In this document: one piece after another, positions 28,896-38,291 of the stretch
Position numbering within the stretch: position 1 is the stretch's first letter
Layout: every line of letters starts with the position of its first letter
The notes under the pieces: generated by a model
What the model saw: only the letters and a program-made list of their open reading frames with translations
What the model was told of the DNA's origin: nothing
Databases searched by the model: none
DNA from: an uncultured Candidatus Rokubacteria bacterium
GTDB lineage: Bacteria > Methylomirabilota > Methylomirabilia > Rokubacteriales > DASRDR01
Assembly (NCBI GenBank): GCA_963708025.1
Contig: CAVPSB010000017.1
Span: 39,617 to 103,616, forward strand
Direction of reading: 5' to 3'
Length of the DNA: 64,000 nucleotides
Translations under genes and position numbers: made by a program

Positions 28896-31316
28896 CTAGT
28901 CCCAGCGGCCGGCGAGCACCGTGCCACACTCCGGGCACCGCCCGCCCGGCGCCAGGCGGTACTCGAGGATCCGGTAGCCGAGCCGGCGGATGACCGCCGC
29001 CCGGCAGCCCGGGCAATAGGTGTGCTCGAAGGGACCGACCCGGCCCGGCAGGTTCCCCGCGTACACGTAGCGAAGCCCGGCGGCAAGGCCGATCTCGGCG
29101 GCGCGGAGCAGCGTCTTGACCGGCGTGCCGTCCCGGTCCGTCATCTTGTAGTCGGGGTGGAAGGCCGTCACGTGCCACGGGATGTCCGGGGAGAGCGAGA
29201 CCAGGAACTGGGCGATGTCGCGCAGCTCGGCGTCGGAGTCGTTGAACCCCGGGATCGTCAGCGTCACCACCTCGAGCCAGAAGCCCCGCTCGTGGATCAT
29301 CCGGGTCCCGTCGAGGATCGTCTTCAGCACGCCGCCCAGCTGCCGGTAGTGCCGGTCGTCGAACGACTTGAGGTCAACCTTGTAGAGGTCGACGACCGGG
29401 CGGATGTAGTCGAGCACCTCCGGGGTGGCGTTCCCGTTGGAGACGTACGAGCAGACCAGCCCGGCCGCCTTCCCTGCCCTGAAGATCTCCCGGGCCCACT
29501 CGCTGGTGATCAGCGGCTCGTTGTAGGTGCTGGTGAGGATGCGGGCGCCGACCCGCTTCGCGGTGGCCACGACCTCGGCCGGTTCGATCTCCTTCGGTGG
29601 CGTGCCCATGGTCGGGTCGCGGAGAGCCTGCGAGGTCAACGCGTTCTGACAATTGTGGGTGGCCACGAACTGCGCGAGGTAGGAGTGGTCATCGTCCACC
29701 TCGAGGTTGTAGACCCAGCCGTCGAAGTGCCGTCTGCGTATGGATCGGATGGGAACGTAGAAGTATCGCGCGTCCTCGCGAAGCCAGAGGCGCTTCGAGG
29801 CGCCCGTCGGCCAGTTCAGCCAGAAGACGTAGGGGGCATGCCGGACGAGCCGCCCCATCACCTTCCCTTCCGCGGCCTGTCGTTTCGCCCGGATCGATGG
29901 AAACGAGCCGGTTCTCAAAGCCAACCAGGCGACGCCCAGGGCCAGCTGCGCCGATACCGTGGTGGCCGACACCTTGCCGCTTGGCGTTCGATGTCCGTCG
30001 CCCTCGACATACGCGCTCAGAAAGGCGTCGGCCACCGACGGCGGAGCCGAGAACAGCTCCGCCGGCACGCGCTTATGCCGTGATCCCGTGCCGCAGAGAC
30101 TCTCGAAGAACAGCGCCACGGATGCCTTGCCGACCACGACGCAGAGTGTCGTGTGTCGCTTCGACAGCCCGGGCTGCAACCCGAAGACCCTGACAAAGAG
30201 CTTGCCGATTCGTTCCGCCAGCTCCTCTTCGTGGTGACCGAGGGAGAAGACGAGTTGCGCGGAATGCACCCGCGACGGGGCGTGCAGGACGCAACCCTCG
30301 GCTGCGTAGTAGCCCAGCAACGCCGCGAGGTCCTCGTCGAGGTGGAGCCGTGCCGGCATCCCCGGGGCGTGCTCTTTCGAGAGCCGCACGCGACTGCCCT
30401 CGACCAGTACCTCAGCGGGCTTCGAGTCGAGGTCTGCCAGACTCCACAACCCTCGCCGAACCTTGCTGAGAAGATGGCGGACGTGCGTGGCGCTCTTGCC
30501 GAACCGGGCGGCGATCCTCCGCGACGTCCACCCCGCCTCGGACATCGCCAGGATCTTCCTGAGCACCCCTGGGCCGATCACGTCGTGTGGATAGCGAATC
30601 CGGCCGGCCAGCGGTCGGAGGATCTCCGCGATGTCGTACTCGGCCGGATATCGGATGCCGAGATCCTTGGGTACCGCGAGAAAGTCGCCATGCCGGAGCC
30701 GGTCGGCCGGGAGAAACCGTGGTGGCGAGCCGTCTTTCAGGTCGCCTTCGGACGAGGCCAGGACCTCGTGGTCCGGAGTCAGCTTCAAGGCTGGTAGATA
30801 CGCCGGCTGGAGTCTGATCAGGTTTCCGGAATATCGGTGCCTGAAGACCGCGCGGACGGGGCGGACGCGTCCCGTGTGCGTGTAGACCTCGAGCCCCGGC
30901 GAGACGCGGACTGACTCATCGGCGAGCCCTGCTGGCCTCGCCGAGTCGAAGAGCCGCTTGACGGGAATCAGGCCCCGCGTCGTGGCGATCGGTGTCCGGG
31001 CCACGATGCAGTAGGCGCAGTGCAGATCACATCCGAGCATGCCGAACGAGAGAGCCTTCGAGCCCGGATAGGCGTGGAAGAAGGGCTTCTTCTCGACGGG
31101 GTCGAGCTGGAGGCCGGCGACGTAGCCCCAGGGAACCCGGAGCCGGCCGCCCTCGTTGTAGCGGACCTTGCAGATCCCGCGCTGGCCGGGCGGGATCACG
31201 CAGCGATGGCCGCAGGCGTAGCAGCGGAGCCGCCCCTCGGGGAGCGGCTCCCACAGCTCGCCCTCCCGGGTGCGCGGGTCGATCAGCTGGGCCAGACTGG
31301 GCGCTTCTCGCGACAT
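28896..31316 (-). CDS. amrS: AmmeMemoRadiSam system radical SAM enzyme, intein-containing
   Basis: CYACGHRC, DPVEKKPFFH, GCDLHCAY/CQN, TYNEP, WHVTAFHPDY, C-terminal CPGC/CPEC. Confidence 0.92.
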   Translation of the reverse strand: MSREAPSLAQLIDPRTREGELWEPLPEGRLRCYACGHRCVIPPGQRGICKVRYNEGGRLRVPWGYVAGLQLDPVEKKPFFHAYPGSKALSFGMLGCDLHCAYCIVARTPIATTRGLIPVKRLFDSARPAGLADESVRVSPGLEVYTHTGRVRPVRAVFRHRYSGNLIRLQPAYLPALKLTPDHEVLASSEGDLKDGSPPRFLPADRLRHGDFLAVPKDLGIRYPAEYDIAEILRPLAGRIRYPHDVIGPGVLRKILAMSEAGWTSRRIAARFGKSATHVRHLLSKVRRGLWSLADLDSKPAEVLVEGSRVRLSKEHAPGMPARLHLDEDLAALLGYYAAEGCVLHAPSRVHSAQLVFSLGHHEEELAERIGKLFVRVFGLQPGLSKRHTTLCVVVGKASVALFFESLCGTGSRHKRVPAELFSAPPSVADAFLSAYVEGDGHRTPSGKVSATTVSAQLALGVAWLALRTGSFPSIRAKRQAAEGKVMGRLVRHAPYVFWLNWPTGASKRLWLREDARYFYVPIRSIRRRHFDGWVYNLEVDDDHSYLAQFVATHNCQNALTSQALRDPTMGTPPKEIEPAEVVATAKRVGARILTSTYNEPLITSEWAREIFRAGKAAGLVCSYVSNGNATPEVLDYIRPVVDLYKVDLKSFDDRHYRQLGGVLKTILDGTRMIHERGFWLEVVTLTIPGFNDSDAELRDIAQFLVSLSPDIPWHVTAFHPDYKMTDRDGTPVKTLLRAAEIGLAAGLRYVYAGNLPGRVGPFEHTYCPGCRAAVIRRLGYRILEYRLAPGGRCPECGTVLAGRWD
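29652..31010 (-). mobile_element. Intein (453 aa) with LAGLIDADG homing endonuclease
   Basis: Starts C-IVARTPIAT; block B LKLTPDHEV; LLGYYAAEG and FLSAYVEGDG; VYNLEVDDDHSY; ends THN followed by C; more A/T-ending codons than host gene. Confidence 0.93.
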
Positions 31317-31373
31317 ACCCCGCCCTGTCGCGCTCAGAGTACGCCCGGCCCGCCCCCCGGGCAAACGAAGGAG

Positions 31374-32766
31374 TTACGCCCGGCCGGGCACTACGGCCAT
31401 GATCGCGCCCCGCACCGCCTCCAGCATCCGGTCCACCTGCTCCTCGGTGATGACCAGCGGCGGCGCCAGGAAGATCTGCTCGGCGACCATCCCGTCGGCC
31501 ACCGGGTAGGCCCGGGTCCGGGTCACCAGGCCGCGCTTCTCCATCTCGCGCTTCACCCGGGGCCCGACCTTCTGATCGGCCGGGAACCCGGCCTTCGTTC
31601 CCCGGTCGGAGACCAGCTCAACCGCCGCCAGGAGCCCCTTCCCGCCCCGGACGTCGCCGATGGCGGCCAGCTCCTTCTGGAGCCCGAGCAGGCCCTGGTG
31701 GACCCGCGTCCCCATCTTCGCCGCCCGCTCCCAGAGCCGCTCGCGCTCCATGATCGCCACGTTCGCGAGCCCGACCGCGCAGCACGTCGGGTGGCCGGAG
31801 TAGGTGTAGGCGTGCATCCAGCGGTTCTCGAGCGCCACCGAGTTGATCGCGTCGTGGATGTCGTGGGACACCATGATGCCGCCGAGCGGCTGGTAGCCGG
31901 AGGTCACCGCCTTGGCGAACGACATGATGTCGGGCTCGACGCCCCAGTGGGTCAGCGCGAACCACTGCCCGGTGCGGCAGAAACCCGGTGATGACCTCGT
32001 CCGCGATGAAGAGCACCTGGTGGCGCGTGCAGATCTCGCGGACGCGCGGGAAGTAGTCGTCGGGCGGCACGATCACGCCGCCGCCCCCGATGATGGGCTC
32101 GGCGATGAACGCCGCCACCGTGTCCGGGCCTTCGCGGAGGATCGCCTCTTCCAGCTCCCGGGCGGCGGCCTGGCCGACCGACTCCCCTGGCCGGGCCCCC
32201 TGGAAGCGATAGGGGTAGGGCGCCTGGATGTGGAGGAAGCCGGGGACCCGCGGCTCGAACATCTTCCAGTACGGCGCCATGCCGGTCGCGCTCATCGCCT
32301 GGAGCGTCACCCCGTGGTACGCGTTCTGCCGCGCGATGATCTTGACCTTGTCGGGCTTGCCCTTCGCCTTCCAGTAGAAGCGCGCCGTCTTGAACGCCGA
32401 CTCGTTGGCCTCGGCGCCGCCGCAGGTGAAGAAGACGGCGGCCATGTTCCGGTAGCCGAGGCTGACCAGCTTCGTGGCCAGCTCGACCGCCGGGATGTTG
32501 GACGAGCCGACGTAGTTGGAATAGTACGCGAGCGTCTTCATCTGCTCGTAGGCGGCCCGGGCCAGCTCCTCGCGCCCGTGGCCGACGCTCACGTTCCAGA
32601 GACCGGAGAGGCCGTCGATGTACTCGCCGCCGTGGATGTCCTTGATCATGGCGCCCCGCCCCTCGACCACGACCAGCGGCTCGGCGGCCTCGGAGGCGTG
32701 ATGCAGGGGGTGGATGAGGTGGGCCTGGTCGTTCTTGATGAGGTCGGCGGCGTTCACGGTGGCCAT
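31374..32766 (-). CDS. Class III PLP aminotransferase (omega-amino acid type), frameshifted near 31982
   Basis: YIDGLSGLW, GGAEANE, AYHG, FIADEVITGF then RTG...PDIMSFAKAVTSGY in another frame. Confidence 0.9.
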
Positions 32767-32797
32767 GATGTCCTCCTTCGGGCGTCTCGGAAGAGCG

Positions 32798-33220
32798 TCA
32801 GCCGGACACGGCGCCGCGGGCCAGCACCCGCGCGCGCCAGTCCCCGGAGGGGATGCGCGGCCCCCGGCCGGGCGGGCCGTTGTACACGTAGAGCCAGACA
32901 TCGCGGGCGGAGCCGTCGGCGAGCGTGACCGCAGCCGACCGCCGCACGTAGAGGCTGCCGGCCTCGTCCGCAGAATCGTACCACTCTGCGCGGTCCAGCG
33001 CCGGGAGGCGGGCCGCCAGGTCGGGCAGCCGGTACAGCTCCCCGACGACCCAGCCGGCGTCGTCGAGCACCAGGCCCGGGTACTCGCCGAAGTCGTAGAG
33101 CGACCCCCGGATCCGCGCCGGCCCCACCAGGACGGCGGCCGGGCCCAGGAGCGGGCGCCGGACGAACCCCGTCATCAGGGTGCCGTAGGCGAAGAGGTGG
33201 TCGAGCGTGGCGGTCGTCAG
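32798..33220 (-). CDS. Gamma-glutamylcyclotransferase (AIG2-like); start uncertain, possibly CTG 33220
   Basis: LFAYGTLM, GSLYDFGEYPGL, VVGELY, LDRAE, IPSGDW. Confidence 0.85.
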   Translation of the reverse strand: MTTATLDHLFAYGTLMTGFVRRPLLGPAAVLVGPARIRGSLYDFGEYPGLVLDDAGWVVGELYRLPDLAARLPALDRAEWYDSADEAGSLYVRRSAAVTLADGSARDVWLYVYNGPPGRGPRIPSGDWRARVLARGAVSG

Positions 33221-33411
33221 CGACCCGAGACCCGGTCGTGGTCGGGCGGCGAAGGGGTCCCGGTCCCGGTGGCGCGCGAGCTGCCCGACTCCGTCCCGGA
33301 GCCGGCCCGCGTGCTTCAGGTGGGAACGCCGAACCGTGGCAGCACCCAGCGGGTGAGGGCGAACCAGACCGCCACTACCGCAACCAGGATCCCGATCGGC
33401 TCCCAGCTCAT
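33217..33411 (-). CDS. Small single-pass membrane protein, candidate selenoprotein (31 aa to TGA 33316-33318; 64 aa with readthrough)
   Basis: GGAGG+ATG overlapping upstream stop; MSWEPIGILVAVVAVWFALTRWVLPRFGVPT-TGA-STRAGS...VSGR-TGA; hairpin directly after first TGA. Confidence 0.6.
33272..33314 (-). promoter_or_regulatory. Candidate bacterial SECIS element
   Basis: mRNA sense gcacgcggg-ccggctccg-GGA-cggagtcgg-gcag-ctcgcgcgc: 9-bp upper stem, G-rich loop 19 nt after UGA, lower stem with 8 of 9 pairs. Confidence 0.55.
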
Positions 33412-34076
33412 GCGCCACCTCCGCCGTTGCCGTTCACCGCGCGCAGGACCTGATCCACGAACTCGGCCTCGGGGTACGCGCCGTCGAACGACACCCGGTC
33501 GTTCACGACGGTCCTGGGCACCGCCCTCACGCTGTATTGCTGGGCGAGGTCCGGGAACTCGCTGGCGTCCACGCAGTCCCCGCGGACCCACTCGGAGGCG
33601 ACGGCCAGGTGATGTGCCAGGCGCACGGCCCGGGGGCAGTGGGGTCAGGTCGGCGTCGTGAAGACCTGGATGTGAACGGGGGTCGTCAGCCCGCGCACCC
33701 GCTCCAGCGTCTCGGGAGAGAGCTTCGGCTCCCCGGACGCCGCCACCTGCATCCCGTCGATCAGGTTCGAGAACTCGTAGCCGCCCGGGATGCCGAAGAA
33801 CCGGATGCCGTAGTCCCGGGCGCCCTCGACCACGATGGCCGGCACGCGATCGATCCCGTATCCGGCCGCCTTCTCGCGGTCGATGTGGAGGTTGTAGACC
33901 TCCACCGCAACCTTATCGGAGCACTCCGCCACCTCGCGGACCAGTCGCTCCGTCTCCACCGCGTACTCGGAGCCGGCGCCGAGCTGGGCGCCGAAGACCA
34001 CCAGCTTGACCGGTCCCGCGAGCTTCGCGAGCTCCTCGGTGACCGCCGACCGGTCCCGCTCCGTCAGGATCGCCAT
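33408..34076 (-). CDS. Two-domain protein-disulfide oxidoreductase (AhpF N-terminal/PDO-like), selenoprotein with UPHC active site
   Basis: IRFFGIPGGYEF, VFTTPT-TGA-PHCPRAV, DASEFPDLAQQYSVRAVP; in-frame TGA 33645-33647 at the first Cys of CxxC; both halves in one frame. Confidence 0.88.
33603..33630 (-). promoter_or_regulatory. Weaker candidate SECIS for the oxidoreductase
   Basis: ggcc-gtgc-GCCTG-gcac...ggcc; loop starts with G about 22 nt after UGA. Confidence 0.35.
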
Positions 34077-34109
34077 CCCGCCTCCTCGTCCGACGACTTC
34101 ACTTCTCGC

Positions 34110-34115
34110 ATTATA
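34110..34115 (-). promoter_or_regulatory. -10 box upstream of the selenoprotein unit
   Basis: TATAAT on minus strand 33 nt before ATG 34076, followed by GAGGAGG. Confidence 0.5.
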
Positions 34116-34125
34116 CCGGATGCGC

Positions 34126-35292
34126 TCAGAGAAGGCGCGCCAGTGCCTTGCCCATCTGGTCGAGCGCCCGCTGGATGGCCTCGCGCGAGGCAGCGTACGA
34201 GAGGCGCAGGTAGCCCTCTCCGAACTCGCCGAAGGCGGTCCCCCACAGGACGGCGACGCCGCCTTCCTCCAGAAGATACGTGGCGATCTCCTTCGAGGGC
34301 CGCCGGAGCCCCTTGACGTTGGGGAAGACGTAGAACGCGCCCCGCGGTCGGGTGCACGAGACGCCGGGCAGCCGGTTGAGACCCTCGACGATGAGGTCAC
34401 GACGCGCGCGGAACTCCTCGACCATGGTCTGCACCGAGCTGTCGTCGCCCCGGAGCGCGGCCAGCCCCGCCTGCTGGACGAAGGTCGCGGTGCACGAGGC
34501 CGAGTTGGTCATGAGGCGCGTCAGGTGCTCGGCGAGGGGCGGGGGCATGACGCCGTACCCCAGTCGCCAGCCGGTCATGGCGTAGGACTTGGAGAAGCCG
34601 TCGAGGATGATCGTCTGGGGCTTCATGCCGGGCAGGCTGGCGATCGACGCGAACCGGCCCTCGTAGAGGAAGCGGCGGTAGATCTCGTCGGAGAGGACCG
34701 GCACCCGATAGTGCCGAGCCAGGTCGGCGATCCGTCCGATGTCGTCGGGCGCCAGCACGCCCCCGGTCGGGTTCTCCGGCGAGTTGATGATGAGGAGCTT
34801 CGTCTTCCGGGAGACGCGCCGCTCCAGCTCGGCGAGGTCCAAGCCGAAGCCGGTCTCCTCGAGGAGCGGGATCGGCACCGGGACGCCGCCCACGAAGTTG
34901 ATGACCGACTCGTAGATGGGGAAGCCGGGATTCGGGTAGACCACCTCGTCCCCATGGTTGACGAGCGCCATGATGGCGAAGAACATGATCGGCTTCGCGC
35001 CGGGCGTGACCACCACCTCGTCCGGGCTCACCGGGATGCCGCGGGTCTCGCCGATGTGCTGGGCGATCGCCTCCCGCAGCTCGGGCAAGCCGGCCGACGG
35101 CCCGTAGTGAGTCGCCCCCGCGTCGAGCGCCCGCTTGGCCGCCTCCTTGATGTGGGTCGGCGTGTCGAAGTCGGGCTCGCCGATCTCCAGGTGGACCACC
35201 GACTTGCCTTGCCGCTCGAGCGCCTTCGCCCGCGCCAGCACCTCGAACGCCGACTCCGTTCCCAGCCGTCCCATCCGCTCGGCAACGTCCAT
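34126..35292 (-). CDS. Class I/II PLP aminotransferase (aspartate aminotransferase-like)
   Basis: HLEIGEPDF, INSPENPTG, LSDEIY, GFSKSYAMTGWRLG. Confidence 0.93.
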   Translation of the reverse strand: MDVAERMGRLGTESAFEVLARAKALERQGKSVVHLEIGEPDFDTPTHIKEAAKRALDAGATHYGPSAGLPELREAIAQHIGETRGIPVSPDEVVVTPGAKPIMFFAIMALVNHGDEVVYPNPGFPIYESVINFVGGVPVPIPLLEETGFGLDLAELERRVSRKTKLLIINSPENPTGGVLAPDDIGRIADLARHYRVPVLSDEIYRRFLYEGRFASIASLPGMKPQTIILDGFSKSYAMTGWRLGYGVMPPPLAEHLTRLMTNSASCTATFVQQAGLAALRGDDSSVQTMVEEFRARRDLIVEGLNRLPGVSCTRPRGAFYVFPNVKGLRRPSKEIATYLLEEGGVAVLWGTAFGEFGEGYLRLSYAASREAIQRALDQMGKALARLL

Positions 35293-35567
35293 CACGCTCG
35301 TGCTCCTGACTAGAAGACTCCGAATGTTTCGTAGGCGGCCAGCGGCGCCATCCCCCGGCGGACGGCGTCGCGCACCTTTGCTCTCGGAATGGCCGGCCGG
35401 GACGGGAGCCGGGTGTCGCGGCGGCAGGTGGAGGCATCTTACCGCAGCGCCGCGGCCCGGCTCAAGCGCCGCCTTGGTCGGCGTGAGCAAGGGATCGAAC
35501 CGATCCCCCGGCGCCGATTGAGTTTCCAGGGGGATTGGGGTAGGCTCGCCGGGACAGCAACCAGGAG

Positions 35568-36365
35568 ATGGGCACCACCATGGCCATCGCCAGCGCTGAA
35601 GCGATCGCGGTGCGCGGAGTGTCGAAGCACTACGCGACCCGGGACGGCCGGGTCGCCGCGCTCGACCGGATCTCCTTCGACGTGGCCGAGGGCGAGTTCG
35701 TCGCGGTGGTCGGGCCCTCGGGGTGCGGCAAGTCCACGCTGCTCAAGATCCTGGCCGGCCTCCTGCCCCCCTCGAGCGGCGAGGCCCGGCTGCGCGGCAG
35801 CGCCATCACGGCACCCCGGCGCGATATCGGCGTCGTCTTCCAGTCCCCGGTCCTCTTCCCCTGGCGCACCGTGCTGGACAACGTGTTGCTGCCGGTCAAC
35901 GTGCAACGCCTGGGGCGCGCCGAGCGCACCGTGAGCGCGATCGAGCTGCTGGGGCTCGTCGGGCTCCGCGGGTTCGAGCGCCGGTACCCATGGGAGCTGT
36001 CGGGCGGGATGCAGCAGCGGGTCGCCCTCACCCGCGCCCTCATCCACGACCCGGCCATGCTCCTCATGGACGAGCCGTTCGGCGCGCTCGACGCGATGAC
36101 CCGCGAGCAGATGAACCTGGAGCTGCAGCGGATCTGGCTGGAGCGCCGGAAAACAGTGCTCTTCATCACCCACTCGATCCCGGAGGCGGCGTTCCTCGCC
36201 GACCGGGTGCTGGTGATGAGTCCGCGCCCGGGCCGGATCCTCGAAGACCTCCGGGTGGACCTCCCCCGCCCGCGCGCCCTCGACGTCATGAGCGCCCCCG
36301 GCTTCGGCGAGACGGTGCGTCACCTGCGGGGGCAGCTCAGGGTCACCGGTGGCGTCAACGGATGA
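35568..36365 (+). CDS. NitT/TauT family ABC transporter ATP-binding protein
   Basis: GPSGCGKST, LSGGMQQR, MDEPFGALD, FITH. Confidence 0.92.
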   Translation: MGTTMAIASAEAIAVRGVSKHYATRDGRVAALDRISFDVAEGEFVAVVGPSGCGKSTLLKILAGLLPPSSGEARLRGSAITAPRRDIGVVFQSPVLFPWRTVLDNVLLPVNVQRLGRAERTVSAIELLGLVGLRGFERRYPWELSGGMQQRVALTRALIHDPAMLLMDEPFGALDAMTREQMNLELQRIWLERRKTVLFITHSIPEAAFLADRVLVMSPRPGRILEDLRVDLPRPRALDVMSAPGFGETVRHLRGQLRVTGGVNG

Positions 36366-37213
36366 AGAGCGCCTGGAACCGGCTGCTCACCGTCGTCTTC
36401 TTCGCCGCTTCGGTTGCCGTCTGGGAAGCGGCGGTCCGCCTGCTGGAGATCCCGGCGTTCGTACTGCCGCCGCCGTCGGCGGTGGTGGTGGCCCTGTGGC
36501 GGGGCGTCTCCAGCGGGCTCTACCTCAAGCATCTCTACGTCACGCTGCTGGAGACCCTCCTCGGCTTCCTCCTGGGCTCGGCGCTCGGCTTCAGCCTGGG
36601 CACGGCCGTCGCGCTCAACCGCTACGTCGAGTACTTCCTCTACCCGTACATCGTGATGTTCCAGTCGCTCCCCAAGATCGCCCTGGCCCCCCTCATCGTG
36701 ATCTGGTTCGGGCTCGGGCTCACCTCCAAGGTCGTGAATGCCGCCCTGGTGGCCTTCTTCCCGCTCCTCGTGAACACGATGGTCGGCCTCCGCTCGGCCG
36801 ACGAAGACCGGGTCAACCTCATGCGCTCCCTGGCCGCCAGCGACCGGCAGATCTTCTGGATGCTCCGGCTGCCGAATTCGCTGTCCTTCGTCATGGCCGG
36901 GCTCGACGTGGCGATGATTTTCGCGCTCATCGGCGCCATCGTCGGCGAGTTCGTCGGCGCCAACGCGGGGCTCGGCATGCTCATCCAGAGCATGAACTTC
37001 ACCATGGACGTCTCCGGCCAGTTCTCGGTCCTGCTCATCCTGTCGCTGCTGGGCCTGGTCCTGAATCGCGCCATCCTGCTGGTCCGCCGCCGGGTCCTCT
37101 TCTGGGACCCCTCGGAGAAGGAGAAGGCCGAGCGCCAGCGGGAGGAGGCCGAGGAGGGAGCGCCTGGCTTGACTCGCGATCCCCGCGTCAAGAAGGAGGT
37201 CAGCGCATGGTAG
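36362..37213 (+). CDS. NitT/TauT family ABC transporter permease
   Basis: LPPPS, PKIALAPLIVIWFGLG, GAIVGEFVG. Confidence 0.9.
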   Translation: MKSAWNRLLTVVFFAASVAVWEAAVRLLEIPAFVLPPPSAVVVALWRGVSSGLYLKHLYVTLLETLLGFLLGSALGFSLGTAVALNRYVEYFLYPYIVMFQSLPKIALAPLIVIWFGLGLTSKVVNAALVAFFPLLVNTMVGLRSADEDRVNLMRSLAASDRQIFWMLRLPNSLSFVMAGLDVAMIFALIGAIVGEFVGANAGLGMLIQSMNFTMDVSGQFSVLLILSLLGLVLNRAILLVRRRVLFWDPSEKEKAERQREEAEEGAPGLTRDPRVKKEVSAW

Positions 37214-38278
37214 GTCGCACCCGGATGCTCGTCCTCGCCCTTCCGCTCGCCCTGCTCGCCATGCCGGCGGCCGCCCAGGTCACTCACCTGAAGGTCGGCT
37301 GGTGCGCCCGCACGGTCTCCGCCGCCGCCACGCCGTTCGCGGTGGCGACCAGGCTCGGCTGGTTCAAGCAGGAGGGGGTCGAGGTCGAGCTGGTGCCCCT
37401 GCCCGGCTCCACCGACTGCGTGAAGAACGTGGCCATCAAGGAGGTGGACTTCTCGCTGCCCAGCGTCGAGCCGCTGGCCATCGGCCGTCCCCAGGGCATC
37501 AAGGCCAAGGTCTTCTACACGGCGTACCAGGGCAACATCTACGGCATCGCGGTGCCGGCCGACAGCCCGGTCCAGAAGATGGCCGATCTCAAGGGCAAGA
37601 TCGATCGGGGTCATCTCCATGGCGTCGGGTGGCGTCATCGTCGCTCGTGCCCTGGCCACCGCCGCGGGCCTGGACCCCGAGAAGGACGTCACCATCGTGG
37701 TGGCCGGCGAGGGCGCCCAGACCGCCGCCCTCGTCCGCAACAAGCAGGTGGACGCGCTGAGCCAGTTCGACACCCAGTACGCCATGATCGAGAACGCCGG
37801 CGTCCGGCTGCGCCTCCTCGACACCCGGGAGATCGACCCCTACCCGTCGAACGGCTTCCTCGCCCTGGAAGAGACCCTGAAGAGCCGCCGGAAGGAGGCC
37901 ATCGCGCTGGCTCGCGGTTACGCCAAGGGCACGATCTTCGCGATCACCAACCCCGAGGCGGCGATCCGGCTCCTCTACGAGGTCTACCCGCAGACGAAGC
38001 CGACCGGCAAGGACGAGGCCACCGCCATCCGGGACGACGCCCGGGTCCTCCAGGCCCGCATCCAGAACTGGAAGCTCGAGAAGGCGGGCGTGAAGCGGTG
38101 GGGCGAGAGCTCGGAGGCGAACTACGGGGCCTACGCCCAGTTCATGCTGAAGTGGGGGATCATCAAGCAGCCGGTCGAGGGACGCGACCTGATCACGAAC
38201 GAGCTGATCGACGAGATCAACAAGTTCGATCCGGCCCAGATCGCCGCCGAGGCCCGCGCGTACAAGCCCGGCCGATGA
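37207..38278 (+). CDS. NMT1/THI5-like ABC substrate-binding protein, frameshifted near 37600
   Basis: Signal peptide, GWFKQEGVEVEL, ADLKGK then IGVISMASGG in another frame. Confidence 0.85.
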
Positions 38279-38291
38279 GCCCGAGGCCGCC

